From a virus (taxonomy: Duplodnaviria > Caudoviricetes): DNA of 41,425 nt. Shown here piece after piece: positions 26,164 to 35,032 of this stretch; positions within the stretch are counted from its first letter, which is position 1, and every line of letters starts with the position of its first letter. Under the pieces are notes generated by a model that did no database searches, was not told the origin of the DNA, and saw nothing but the letters and a program-made list of their open reading frames with translations. Where the stretch lies: IMG/VR virus record IMGVR_UViG_3300027863_001337, positions 1 through 41,425 of that record, one strand, 5' to 3'. A program made the translations under genes and the position numbers.

Positions 26164-26710
26164 CTGGTTTTCTCCTATCTTTCCCTTTTATATGGATAAA
26201 AAGACACCTTTCCTTTAATCTTGATAACCAGTAGTCCTCTAACTTTAACTTTGCCACAATTTCTCCTATATCATCTGCATTCATAGAAGTAAAAAACTTA
26301 ATCTGTTTTTCATAAATTTTCTCTATCAGCTTCTTTAAGATAATCTCGCTTCTTTCATCTACAGGTCTTATATCATCTAAAATTAAAATTTTAACTCTGG
26401 TAATTTCCTCTACCGCTCTATCCCAAGAGATACCTCCTGCTTGAGTTATTTCTTGCATTAAGCTACTAAATTGAGTAAAAATAATATCCTGACCTACATA
26501 TAAGTTTTTCTTTAAAAACTCTACAAATATTCCTATTAAAAGATGTGTTTTTCCTAATCCCGGGTCACCAAAAATAAAAAGACCACATTTGTTCTCTAAA
26601 GAAAGACATTTCTCTACTAACTGTTTAGCCTGCTCTAAATTTCTCCAGTCAAAATTGTCTAAAGTCTTGTCTTTATGGCTTTCTGGAAGCCAAATCCCCC
26701 ACCAGTTCAT
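26156..26710 (-). CDS. DnaC/IstB-like AAA+ helicase loader
   Basis: TLDNF, GDPGLGKTHL, LILDD, SRL. Confidence 0.85.
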   Translation of the reverse strand: MNWWGIWLPESHKDKTLDNFDWRNLEQAKQLVEKCLSLENKCGLFIFGDPGLGKTHLLIGIFVEFLKKNLYVGQDIIFTQFSSLMQEITQAGGISWDRAVEEITRVKILILDDIRPVDERSEIILKKLIEKIYEKQIKFFTSMNADDIGEIVAKLKLEDYWLSRLKERCLFIHIKGKDRRKPDV

Positions 26711-26713
26711 AAT

Positions 26714-27250
26714 TTATTGACCTGTGCTTATTACTTCTATTCCGTGTTCTTTTTTGTCCTCTTTTGGTCTATTGTTAAGATAATATATGCACCATCCCGG
26801 GTATAAAGTTGTAAAGTCCTTTCCTGCCCATTTTAAACTTCTTATTATCACCTCTTTAATGGACATATTGTCTTTTAATCTGCATAAAACCAAAAAGTCC
26901 CAAAGATACTTTCCGCCTATATATATCTTTGCAATCTTAACATTCCTGCCTAAAACTCTAATCCTTTTAGAGATTTCCATATCCCTAAGGCTATTCCACT
27001 CATCTATCTCAGCAGATGGTATTCTACTAAAAAATTCAAATACTTCCCAATATACTCTCTCTTTTTCTTTTAAAACTGAAATTAATCTTGTAGGTGTTTT
27101 TCTCCAAGAAATGCACCAATATCCTCCATCTACAGGGTCAATTATTCCCTGTATACATTTTTCTACTAAAAAATAATTCTTCGGATTAACATTCTGCTCC
27201 GACAAGAACTTCTGCACTACATCTTTCCAATCGAATCCTAAATCCATCAT
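26714..27250 (-). CDS. Hypothetical protein in the replication module
   Basis: ORF with SD, directly upstream of the loader. Confidence 0.65.
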   Translation of the reverse strand: MMDLGFDWKDVVQKFLSEQNVNPKNYFLVEKCIQGIIDPVDGGYWCISWRKTPTRLISVLKEKERVYWEVFEFFSRIPSAEIDEWNSLRDMEISKRIRVLGRNVKIAKIYIGGKYLWDFLVLCRLKDNMSIKEVIIRSLKWAGKDFTTLYPGWCIYYLNNRPKEDKKEHGIEVISTGQ

Positions 27251-27536
27251 TTTTAAAAATCTCCTTTATAAAATTATAATCATCCATCGTTCCAAAATAT
27301 TCTATCCTATTATCCTTTTTTCTTAAAAGGCTAATAAAATGATTCTGACAACTTACTTTTAAAACTTTGATAAATTCTTCGTAGGATAAGCGTTGGTGGT
27401 AGTAATTGTAAACTTTGCAATATACTAAAATCCCTTCGTGGTATAAATCTTGAAGTTCGCAGTCTTTAAATCTCTTTATCCATCTCCGACTTACTCTTTT
27501 GATATAAGGATAATAAAACCAGAAATCCCTCCACAC
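27186..27536 (-). CDS. Short sigma70 region 2-like protein
   Basis: ELQDLYHEGILVY...FIKVLKVSCQNHFISLLRK. Confidence 0.55.
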   Translation of the reverse strand: MWRDFWFYYPYIKRVSRRWIKRFKDCELQDLYHEGILVYCKVYNYYHQRLSYEEFIKVLKVSCQNHFISLLRKKDNRIEYFGTMDDYNFIKEIFKNDGFRIRLERCSAEVLVGAEC

Positions 27537-27556
27537 TTTCTATCTCCTTTCTTTTC

Positions 27557-28090
27557 TTATTTTTTCTTAATCTCAAATTCTATCTCGCTTGACTTAACTA
27601 TTACTTTTTTAATTTCACCTCCTTTCTCTTTTTCTTTCATTCTCCACCATCTTAATAAACCAAATTCGTCTGGAAAAGACAAAATATCTGATACTGGTCT
27701 CGGAAATTCAAAGTCTACATACTGATTAACTAACTTGTGCCACGATATATTTTTTGGAAATTTCTCCTCAATTTGTTTGAAATCACTAAATTTTTCTCTG
27801 AATGCTAAACACCGGTATAATTCTCTTTCTGAAATTCCTACATCTTTTGAGAGTTGCTTGATGACATTGTTTTTAGCGTCTTTTAATGAGCCATACTTTT
27901 CTATATATTCCCTTGCCATAAAAATAGTATTGCCTACTTCCCACTTAAGCCTGATTGTCTCTATTTGTCTAATGTAGAGAATCTCCGTGATAGAAGCCTT
28001 AATATCCTCAACAATACCTTGATACCAAGCTTCCTCTATAAATGGTGGTCTTAATTCTGCTAATTCTTTAGTGGCTTTTTTGGAATGCAT
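27557..28090 (-). CDS. DUF1016 N-terminal-like helical DNA-binding protein
   Basis: KWEVGNTI...IKQLSKDVGISERELYRCLAF...ISWHKL. Confidence 0.55.
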   Translation of the reverse strand: MHSKKATKELAELRPPFIEEAWYQGIVEDIKASITEILYIRQIETIRLKWEVGNTIFMAREYIEKYGSLKDAKNNVIKQLSKDVGISERELYRCLAFREKFSDFKQIEEKFPKNISWHKLVNQYVDFEFPRPVSDILSFPDEFGLLRWWRMKEKEKGGEIKKVIVKSSEIEFEIKKK

Positions 28091-28145
28091 TTCACTCTCT
28101 ACTTTTCTATCTCTAAAAATCTATCTCTAAAAATATCGCACCTTG

Positions 28146-28173
28146 AATATATCATATTGGATTTTTTTGTCAA
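28146..28173 (-). promoter_or_regulatory. Promoter for the replication operon
   Basis: TTGACA-N16-TATATT with extended TG; resembles the promoter at 32415-32443. Confidence 0.6.
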
Positions 28174-28206
28174 GACTTTTTTGCTAAGAATTTATTTCTA
28201 AAAAAC

Positions 28207-28235
28207 TTGACAATCTAATAAATTTAGTTTATAAT
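28207..28235 (+). promoter_or_regulatory. Perfect-consensus sigma70 promoter firing antisense into the RlpA-like gene
   Basis: TTGACA(28207-28212)-N17-TATAAT(28230-28235). Confidence 0.65.
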
Positions 28236-28604
28236 ATTAGGTTTAAGTTCTTCTATTTTTACCTTTACCAAACCTTTCTTCAAATCCTCAATCTCACTAA
28301 ACGCCCTTTTAGTTAAATCAATTATCCTGCCTAATCTTTTTGCCGGTCCTCTATCGTTTACTTTTACTATTACTGATTTGCCATTTCTTAAATTCGTTAC
28401 TTTTAGATAAGTCCCAAACGAATAATACCAACTTGCACAGGTATATCCTTCTGGATTAAATACCTCTCCATTTGCTGTATACTTATTTAACTTCTCACCT
28501 CCACCATACCAACTTGCTATACCTTCCTCTGCATAACTGAAACCTACCGATACTACAAAAGCCAAAATCACTAATAGCAAGTAATTTATTTTATTTTTCT
28601 TCAT
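28224..28604 (-). CDS. RlpA-like (DPBB) lytic transglycosylase with signal peptide
   Basis: GIASWYG, TANGEVF, VIVKVNDRGP, RIIDLTKRAF; start MKKNK follows SD GGAGG. Confidence 0.88.
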   Translation of the reverse strand: MKKNKINYLLLVILAFVVSVGFSYAEEGIASWYGGGEKLNKYTANGEVFNPEGYTCASWYYSFGTYLKVTNLRNGKSVIVKVNDRGPAKRLGRIIDLTKRAFSEIEDLKKGLVKVKIEELKPNIIN

Positions 28605-28608
28605 TGCT

Positions 28609-29196
28609 CTACCTCCTCCTATCATCCTCATCTTCTCTTCTACCTCCTCCTCCTGTGCCCATAAGCCACAGATATAACATCACAATCAAAATAACCACTA
28701 TTATAACAACACAAAATGATGCAGTTAACCTCACAAACAATAAAATTATAGCATATTTTAAATTCGTATTACTTTTATCCATCCAGAATTGAACTCCTAA
28801 AATAATACCTACAAACCCTAAACCAAATGCAATATCTAAAGCAGTCAATCTACCAAATGTTCCTCCCAATGCTAAAATTATAAGCGACAAAGTTTGAACT
28901 CCAAAAAGAAGTAATTTGCCGGGTGAGAAAATATCATATCCAAATTCATCAAGTAATTTCTTATTCAAATGCCAAATAGCAAATCCTTCTACAGTGAAAA
29001 CTGCCAATACACTTATCAATATTGGAATTAACAATCCACTTTCTTGAGGTTCCCACGAATCAGACGATGAACTATATGTTGAATAATAGCCATGAACTGG
29101 GTAGCTCACCGAATAACTTTTATAACTTTTGGCAAAAGCAGACATACTTATTAACAACATTATCATTAACAATATTACTCTCCTCATCTTACTCAC
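28609..29196 (-). CDS. Multi-pass membrane protein
   Basis: Signal-like N-terminus and about four hydrophobic segments. Confidence 0.7.
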   Translation of the reverse strand: MSKMRRVILLMIMLLISMSAFAKSYKSYSVSYPVHGYYSTYSSSSDSWEPQESGLLIPILISVLAVFTVEGFAIWHLNKKLLDEFGYDIFSPGKLLLFGVQTLSLIILALGGTFGRLTALDIAFGLGFVGIILGVQFWMDKSNTNLKYAIILLFVRLTASFCVVIIVVILIVMLYLWLMGTGGGGRREDEDDRRR

Positions 29197-29210
29197 CTCC
29201 TGCTACTATC

Positions 29211-29507
29211 TTATTCCACTATCTCTTTTTTCTCTACTAATAATCCCTTCTTATTCATCTCTGTTCTCCTCTCAATTGCTTCATCTATCAAACGAACATA
29301 ATATTCACCTCGCCAAGCATTATCTTCTATATTGTTCCTATTTAACATATCAACATCTAAAGCAACACACATTATATTTCCCACTAAACTATCCAAATCC
29401 TTAAATCTTATTACCACTTTTCTGCTCTTTTCATCTTTAACAATCCCCACATAAAACGGCATACCACCAACACCATTTCTATGATAAGTTAATTTCACTA
29501 CTCTCAT
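29211..29507 (-). CDS. Hypothetical phage protein
   Basis: MRVVKLTYHRNGVGG start follows SD GGAGG. Confidence 0.7.
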   Translation of the reverse strand: MRVVKLTYHRNGVGGMPFYVGIVKDEKSRKVVIRFKDLDSLVGNIMCVALDVDMLNRNNIEDNAWRGEYYVRLIDEAIERRTEMNKKGLLVEKKEIVE

Positions 29508-29521
29508 CTTTACCTCCCCTT

Positions 29522-29851
29522 TTAAATCTCCCAAGTAAAACCACAAATTCTGCATATCCAATTATGTGTCCTTGACCTATATTGTATTTTTGATGTATTA
29601 TGACAAGCAGGACACTGGGAATCCTCAACAAATAAAGTCTCAGCCCATTTTTTTAGTTCCCCTATCTCCTGCTTTTCAATCAAACCTATCAATCTTTTAT
29701 CTTTGCCTATCAAAACACCTAAAATAGGTACAAACAACTCCGGGTCCTTACATAGTCGCAAATCAAAATGTTTATATCTTCCTAAAGAAACAATAATAAA
29801 CGCATAGTTCCTAATCCTCGGATTCTGCTCCAATATAGTTAGAATACTCAT
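29522..29851 (-). CDS. Hypothetical protein with C-terminal zinc ribbon
   Basis: CPAC...WICRICG. Confidence 0.7.
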   Translation of the reverse strand: MSILTILEQNPRIRNYAFIIVSLGRYKHFDLRLCKDPELFVPILGVLIGKDKRLIGLIEKQEIGELKKWAETLFVEDSQCPACHNTSKIQYRSRTHNWICRICGFTWEI

Positions 29852-29854
29852 CTT

Positions 29855-30493
29855 TCACCTCCCTATGTTTCTATTACTTCTTTCTTTTTTTATTTCTTTC
29901 TCAACTATCATAAAATTTTCACACTCATCTATTGGAGATTTTATCTTATGTCCTACATCTCGTAATGTTTCCAAAACAGACATAATAAGCGCAGTGCTTG
30001 CATTTATATTGTCTGCAAGTCTGTTTAAATCTCTGGTTTCCCAAAATTCTCCTTCATCACACACTTCTTTTAAAAATCCAAGTTCCTCAATATAGTCTAA
30101 AATAAAAATCACCAAAAGATGGCATCTTAAAAAGTTTTCCGCATATTGTGTCTTTGTAAATGCTTCTCCTATCCAGTGAACTCCATCTTTACTTACAAGT
30201 CCAATATTCGTTGGCTCACATCCCGGTCCTGCCCACAAGTTTATTATATATCCCTTATACTTTCTTGCTTCCTCTTTTGTTTCATCAAGCAGTTCATATT
30301 GTATCTTTGCCCACCTATAACCCTTATCTGTTTTCTCTCGTTTGTCCTTCCTACTGTAATCTACTCTCCATAACTCATCTTCCACTTTTGCAAATCCCAA
30401 TTCCTTAGCCTTATCTCTTACTTTTAAAAGTTTATCCTTTACTTCCTCTTCGTTTCCCTCAAATTCAAATCTAAAATAAATTGTCAATCCCAT
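29855..30493 (-). CDS. Hypothetical phage protein
   Basis: MGLTIYF...GPGCE...FTKTQYA...DEGEFWETRD; SD GGAGG. Confidence 0.75.
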   Translation of the reverse strand: MGLTIYFRFEFEGNEEEVKDKLLKVRDKAKELGFAKVEDELWRVDYSRKDKREKTDKGYRWAKIQYELLDETKEEARKYKGYIINLWAGPGCEPTNIGLVSKDGVHWIGEAFTKTQYAENFLRCHLLVIFILDYIEELGFLKEVCDEGEFWETRDLNRLADNINASTALIMSVLETLRDVGHKIKSPIDECENFMIVEKEIKKERSNRNIGR

Positions 30494-30496
30494 TTT

Positions 30497-30751
30497 CTAC
30501 CTCCTCTCTCTCCCAAACTCATCTTCTAACTTCCTTACCACAACATACATAGGAAACAAAGTTTCCAACAACATTTCCATATCTTGGATATTTGATTCCT
30601 CACGATACTTTGGCTCAACCTTTCTCATCTGCTCTACTGCAATACTCAAAGCCTGTGAAATCAAATAACTTCCTCTTGCACTCTGCAATAACTGGAGTGC
30701 AATTTCCTTTTTCTTACTCTGTGATAACTTATCCCAATTCTTAGGTTTCAT
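30497..30751 (-). CDS. Hypothetical protein
   Basis: ORF with SD GGAGG. Confidence 0.7.
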   Translation of the reverse strand: MKPKNWDKLSQSKKKEIALQLLQSARGSYLISQALSIAVEQMRKVEPKYREESNIQDMEMLLETLFPMYVVVRKLEDEFGRERR

Positions 30752-31271
30752 CTTTCACCTCCAAATCTCCCTCTTGTATAGAACCTCTTTTTGATATTCC
30801 ACTTGTTCCATTTTTCACCTCCTGTATTTCTATGGAAATGTTATCTTCAGAATATTTAATATAATTGTTATAAATTTCCACCGCTTTTTCGGTGGAAATT
30901 TCTTGCAATTCTATTTCTGATTGAAAAATGTCCGCTTCTGGGCGTTTTTCAAGCAACGCCCAGTCTTGCCGAGAATACTTCATTTGGGCAGTCACCTTTT
31001 TGTTCACATTTTTGGGCACAAAAATCAAAGTTTCACGGAAGTCCCACTGACATCCGTGTCCATACGGAAAATTTGTCAGTCTGACTATGATACTACCTGA
31101 GGGGGTTTCATAATTCAACACTTCTGAGTAACTATAATGTTTCGCCCCCCATTTGTAACTCTCATATAAATAAAAAATTTTATAGTTTGAATTTTTTATG
31201 ATTTTCTCTATTTCCATGTTCTCACCTCCTCTTCTTCTTTGTTCTATTGTTTTTTTATTTATTTTTTTCAT
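30741..31271 (-). CDS. Hypothetical protein
   Basis: ORF with SD; a second SD+ATG at MEIEK. Confidence 0.7.
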   Translation of the reverse strand: MKKINKKTIEQRRRGGENMEIEKIIKNSNYKIFYLYESYKWGAKHYSYSEVLNYETPSGSIIVRLTNFPYGHGCQWDFRETLIFVPKNVNKKVTAQMKYSRQDWALLEKRPEADIFQSEIELQEISTEKAVEIYNNYIKYSEDNISIEIQEVKNGTSGISKRGSIQEGDLEVKDET

Positions 31272-31285
31272 CTTTCACCTCCCTT

Positions 31286-32341
31286 TCAACACCCACAATA
31301 CCAACCAAAACCATCCCAGTCCTTTCTCTGTGGTTTAAACCAAGTCCCACATTCCCAACACTGCACATATCCCTCTTTCACATAGTCAATCTTTTTGTCG
31401 TATTTTTTGACTATATCAATAGTTTTCTGTAAATTCTCATCTGAATACTCAATCTCCCACCTTTCCTCCTCACCATTCCATCTGAAACCTACTTTTTTCA
31501 ACTCCTCTTTCACTGGATATGTTTCACCACACACCTCTATGATATTTCTCCTTTTTGGTGAATAGAATATTTTCAACGAATGTCCGGCTATAAAATTTAC
31601 GCTTGAATACACTTGGTCTGTATCCAAAATATATATCTCCTCTTCTATCGCCTGCTTTCTTTTTCTTTCTTTTTCCTCTTCCTTTTTTCTTCTTTCTTCC
31701 TCTTCAATTTCAATATCCCTTTCAATATTCTTCACAATCTCTTGAAATTCAACATCTGAAAGCGTGAACTTCATAGTCTTAACTTCAAGACCATACATAT
31801 CTACATATCCTTCTTCTTTTTTTACACCTGTCTCCAACAACTTCTGAAGCAATCTTTTCTGCCAATCCTCTATTCTTTTCACATCCTTCAAAAAATACCA
31901 AATCGCTTCTGTTTGTTCACTCTCACACATAGAAAACGAGAACTTGTCAAGCAATATTGGTATATCATATGTATTGACTTCCTGCCGGTAGACAATCACA
32001 ATTTCACCTGACAGATGTTTCTCGTAGTATTCTTTCACTTTTTCTTCGTTAATCTTCATCAGTTTTTCATATATACCGTCAGGCAAAACAAAGGTTACAC
32101 TCATTCTTCCGCCCGTAAAGAATTTTGAAACTTCACCCATATTGTAAAAATATATAGCATTCTTGGTTATTTGCAAATTGTGTGTGCAAAAACTGTCATT
32201 CACAACTGTATCTCCTACCCTTATCCTGATTTTGAAGTTTGCGTGCGGAGGAATAGCACTACAGTTTTTTATCTTGGCATATTCTATTTCTATATCATAT
32301 ACCTTTCCATCTTTTTCTTTCTGAAACTGTATTTTTTCCAT
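31286..32341 (-). CDS. Hypothetical protein, first gene after a strong promoter
   Basis: SD AGGAGG; GETYPVKEELKKVGFRWN motif; C-terminal CWEC...YCGC. Confidence 0.75.
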   Translation of the reverse strand: MEKIQFQKEKDGKVYDIEIEYAKIKNCSAIPPHANFKIRIRVGDTVVNDSFCTHNLQITKNAIYFYNMGEVSKFFTGGRMSVTFVLPDGIYEKLMKINEEKVKEYYEKHLSGEIVIVYRQEVNTYDIPILLDKFSFSMCESEQTEAIWYFLKDVKRIEDWQKRLLQKLLETGVKKEEGYVDMYGLEVKTMKFTLSDVEFQEIVKNIERDIEIEEEERRKKEEEKERKRKQAIEEEIYILDTDQVYSSVNFIAGHSLKIFYSPKRRNIIEVCGETYPVKEELKKVGFRWNGEEERWEIEYSDENLQKTIDIVKKYDKKIDYVKEGYVQCWECGTWFKPQRKDWDGFGWYCGC

Positions 32342-32414
32342 CTTTCCACCTCCTTTTTGTTCATCTTCATCCTCCTTTTTATTTTAATTTGCCTCTCTTT
32401 CCATCTCCAATATA

Positions 32415-32443
32415 AATATACCATATTTTTTCTCCTTTGTCAA
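32415..32443 (-). promoter_or_regulatory. Strong sigma70-type promoter (candidate early promoter)
   Basis: TTGACA(32443-32438)-N17-TATATT(32420-32415) with extended TG. Confidence 0.72.
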
Positions 32444-32499
32444 GGTAAATTTTTTTGGATAATTAAAAAGCAAAAAGTCAGTTACCTATATAGGAATAC

Positions 32500-32513
32500 T
32501 GACACAAGTGTCA
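32500..32513. repeat. TGACAC-AA-GTGTCA palindrome upstream of the candidate early promoter
   Basis: actgacacaagtgtcaa is the reverse complement of the copies at 22364 and 24118. Confidence 0.85.
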
Positions 32514-32661
32514 ATTTTCCTCTAATTATTTGCCCCTAACTGTAATCCAGACCTTATTTCCGAATTGAATTATTCCACAGGCAAGCTCTTTTGATTCAAG
32601 TAGAACTTTACAAAAATTTAAGCAAGAAAGCCCACGACTTCAGTCGTGGGATGAATTGCTT

Positions 32662-32690
32662 TTGACAAATTTCCTTTTTTAAGGTATGAT
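32662..32690 (+). promoter_or_regulatory. tnpB promoter, probably leaderless
   Basis: TTGACA-N17-TATGAT, 7 nt before ATG 32698. Confidence 0.7.
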
Positions 32691-32697
32691 AATAAAT

Positions 32698-33837
32698 ATG
32701 GAAAAAACCCTTAAATACAGAATATATCCGACAAGTAAACAACGAAGACTTTTGCAGGAACAGTTGAATGAGTGCCGTTGGCTTTATAACCATCTTCTTG
32801 AGCAAAGAAGAAATGCTTGGGAACAGGATAAAAAATCCATTGGTTATTTTGCTCAATGTAAATCGCTTGTTGCTTTGAAAAAAGAAAGACCGTCTCTTAA
32901 CAATGTCTATTCTCAAGTCCTTCAAGATGTTGCAGACAGAGTTGATAAGGCATTCCAGAATTTCTTTCGTAGAGTTAAAGCAGGTGAGAAAAAAGTTGGT
33001 TATCCAAGATTTAAAGGATTTGACCGCTATGATAGCCTGACTTATAAACAGGCTGGATTTGGTTGGGAAGTTAAAGATAACCGTCTTAATCTTTCTAAAA
33101 TTGGCTCTATTAAAATTAAAATCCATAGACCTATTATTGGAACTCTTAAAACTTGCACTATTAGAAGGCAGTCTGGTAAATGGTATGCTTGTTTTTCTGT
33201 TGAATATCAAAATAATCCTTTGCCCAAATCTGATGAAGCAGTTGGAATAGATGTTGGATTGGAAAGTTTTGCTACTTTGTCTACTGGCGAAAAAGTTGGC
33301 AATCCTTGCTTTTTCAAAACAGACCAGAAGGCTCTTGCAAAGGCTCAAAGAAAATTGTCTAAACAAGAGAAAGGTTCTCTTGAAAGAAAAAAAGCCAAAA
33401 AGGTAGTTGCTCATATTTACGAAAGAATATCTAACAGGCGTCATAATTTTATTCATCAGGAAGCCAGAAAAATTGTTAATCGCTTTGGCATAATTTGTAT
33501 TGAAAAACTTAATGTTAAAGGTATGATGCATAATCATACAAAAATCTTTGGTAATAAACTTAATAGAGGCATTGTGAATGTTGCTTGGGGTCAATTTGCT
33601 AACGTATTGTCGCACAAAGCGGAAGAGGCTGGTCGGCAATTTGTAGCAATAGACCCAAAGGGAACAAGTCAGATATGTAGTCAATGTGGTTCTGTTGTTG
33701 AAAAAGAACTGTCTGACCGTTGGCACGATTGTCCTGTTTGTAATGCTCATCTGCATCGTGATTATAATGCTTCTTTGAACATTTTGAGACTGGGACTACA
33801 GTCTCTGGGGTTTACCCCAAGAAGCCTACGACTTTAG
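32698..33837 (+). CDS. tnpB: RNA-guided endonuclease TnpB
   Basis: KYRIYPT N-terminus, GYPRFK, GIDVG, ICIEKL, TSQICSQCG...CPVC...HRDYNAS. Confidence 0.95.
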   Translation: MEKTLKYRIYPTSKQRRLLQEQLNECRWLYNHLLEQRRNAWEQDKKSIGYFAQCKSLVALKKERPSLNNVYSQVLQDVADRVDKAFQNFFRRVKAGEKKVGYPRFKGFDRYDSLTYKQAGFGWEVKDNRLNLSKIGSIKIKIHRPIIGTLKTCTIRRQSGKWYACFSVEYQNNPLPKSDEAVGIDVGLESFATLSTGEKVGNPCFFKTDQKALAKAQRKLSKQEKGSLERKKAKKVVAHIYERISNRRHNFIHQEARKIVNRFGIICIEKLNVKGMMHNHTKIFGNKLNRGIVNVAWGQFANVLSHKAEEAGRQFVAIDPKGTSQICSQCGSVVEKELSDRWHDCPVCNAHLHRDYNASLNILRLGLQSLGFTPRSLRL

Positions 33838-33930
33838 TCGTAGGAGTAGTCACCTCTTTATTATATCTCTCAACACATTTCACTTCATAAATCTTCCTAA
33901 ATTCGTTTATCTTATTTAAAACATCTTTTG

Positions 33931-34161
33931 TCATTTACTGGCAAAATTTTTATTTGCCTTATCCTTATAATTTGTTTCAAAATCTTGTATGTCTTCTTCT
34001 GATATTGCAGTTGTCATCCAAAATACATCTCTATCCAATACAAATACCTCATATCCCAAAAACTCATCAAAAGGACCTCTCAAAATTTTGTAGTTTATCA
34101 AAGCACCTTTATCTAAAATCTCATTCTTAAAATCTTTATAATTCATCCAAATCTCTTTCAT
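33931..34161 (-). CDS. Hypothetical protein
   Basis: ORF with SD. Confidence 0.7.
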   Translation of the reverse strand: MKEIWMNYKDFKNEILDKGALINYKILRGPFDEFLGYEVFVLDRDVFWMTTAISEEDIQDFETNYKDKANKNFASK

Positions 34162-34174
34162 TCTTCGCTCCTTT

Positions 34175-34582
34175 TCATATTATCTCTATTATAACCCATA
34201 ACCTCCCTACCTGAGACTCAAAATCTACAAGTAACACATCCACAACTCTTTCATAAACTCTTATATTCCATTTAGCCCCTGTATACAAATGCAAAGGTGG
34301 TTTATTCTCCATCGTGTTAAAATATATCACAGGACTTCCAATTTCTGCATACAAATGTAAAGCAAATCTATCTAATCCTTTTGGTATCTTCACTACAGCT
34401 TTTGGAGCATCAAAAAACCCTGACATAGCAACCGGATTAAAACAAGGAAAGTCTGAAATCTTTCGCAAACCCGGATACTTATCTATATCAAGCCAAATCA
34501 AAGTTTCATACTCTGAATCAGATGGAATTTTTATACCACCATTTATAGTTACAAATTTCCCTTTATTAAAGTATCTCGGCAT
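34175..34582 (-). CDS. Hypothetical beta-rich protein, possibly virion-associated
   Basis: Resembles neighbour 34587-34985 (MPxYxN..., GLxxISDxPxFxPV). Confidence 0.65.
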   Translation of the reverse strand: MPRYFNKGKFVTINGGIKIPSDSEYETLIWLDIDKYPGLRKISDFPCFNPVAMSGFFDAPKAVVKIPKGLDRFALHLYAEIGSPVIYFNTMENKPPLHLYTGAKWNIRVYERVVDVLLVDFESQVGRLWVIIEII

Positions 34583-34586
34583 AGCT

Positions 34587-34985
34587 TCAAATTCTCAAAA
34601 TATTATAAATTACTTCAGCATCACTCTCTGCTAATACATTTATAACATCTATAATTCTACTTAAGCACTTTTCCGAATATCTCATACCAGCAGTCAACAT
34701 TAATTGGTTGGAACCACCATTTATCGTCAGATTTACATCTCCTGACTTAACAAATATATCTATAAAGAAACTCTCAACACCAGACGGTATTTCTATATCT
34801 ACATCGTGATTTGCAGTTATAGTTAACCTTTCAGAAGCAATAACTGGGTCATAAAATGGCTCATCTGAAATCCTTGTCAGCCCCTCAATAGAATAATATA
34901 CATTCGTTGCAATTGTCTGACCTGGCTCAAGTGTTTGACCTGATACTACTAACCTCTTATCTGAATCGTTTCTATATGTTGGCAT
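34587..34985 (-). CDS. Hypothetical beta-rich protein, possibly virion-associated
   Basis: SD GGAGG; paralogue-like similarity to 34175-34582. Confidence 0.7.
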   Translation of the reverse strand: MPTYRNDSDKRLVVSGQTLEPGQTIATNVYYSIEGLTRISDEPFYDPVIASERLTITANHDVDIEIPSGVESFFIDIFVKSGDVNLTINGGSNQLMLTAGMRYSEKCLSRIIDVINVLAESDAEVIYNILRI

Positions 34986-35032
34986 ATTCCACCTCCCAAT
35001 AATTTACCTACGATTTCAATCGTAGCATTTCC

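Larger units (their letters stand above)
32612..33853 (+). mobile_element. IS200/IS605-family element with tnpB only (IS1341-like), target TTAC
   Basis: TTAC at 32608-32611, AAAG at +16..19, hairpin cccacgact-tc-agtcgtggg; right hairpin cctacgact-tt-agtcgtagg preceded by GAAG, ending in TCAC. Confidence 0.9.
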
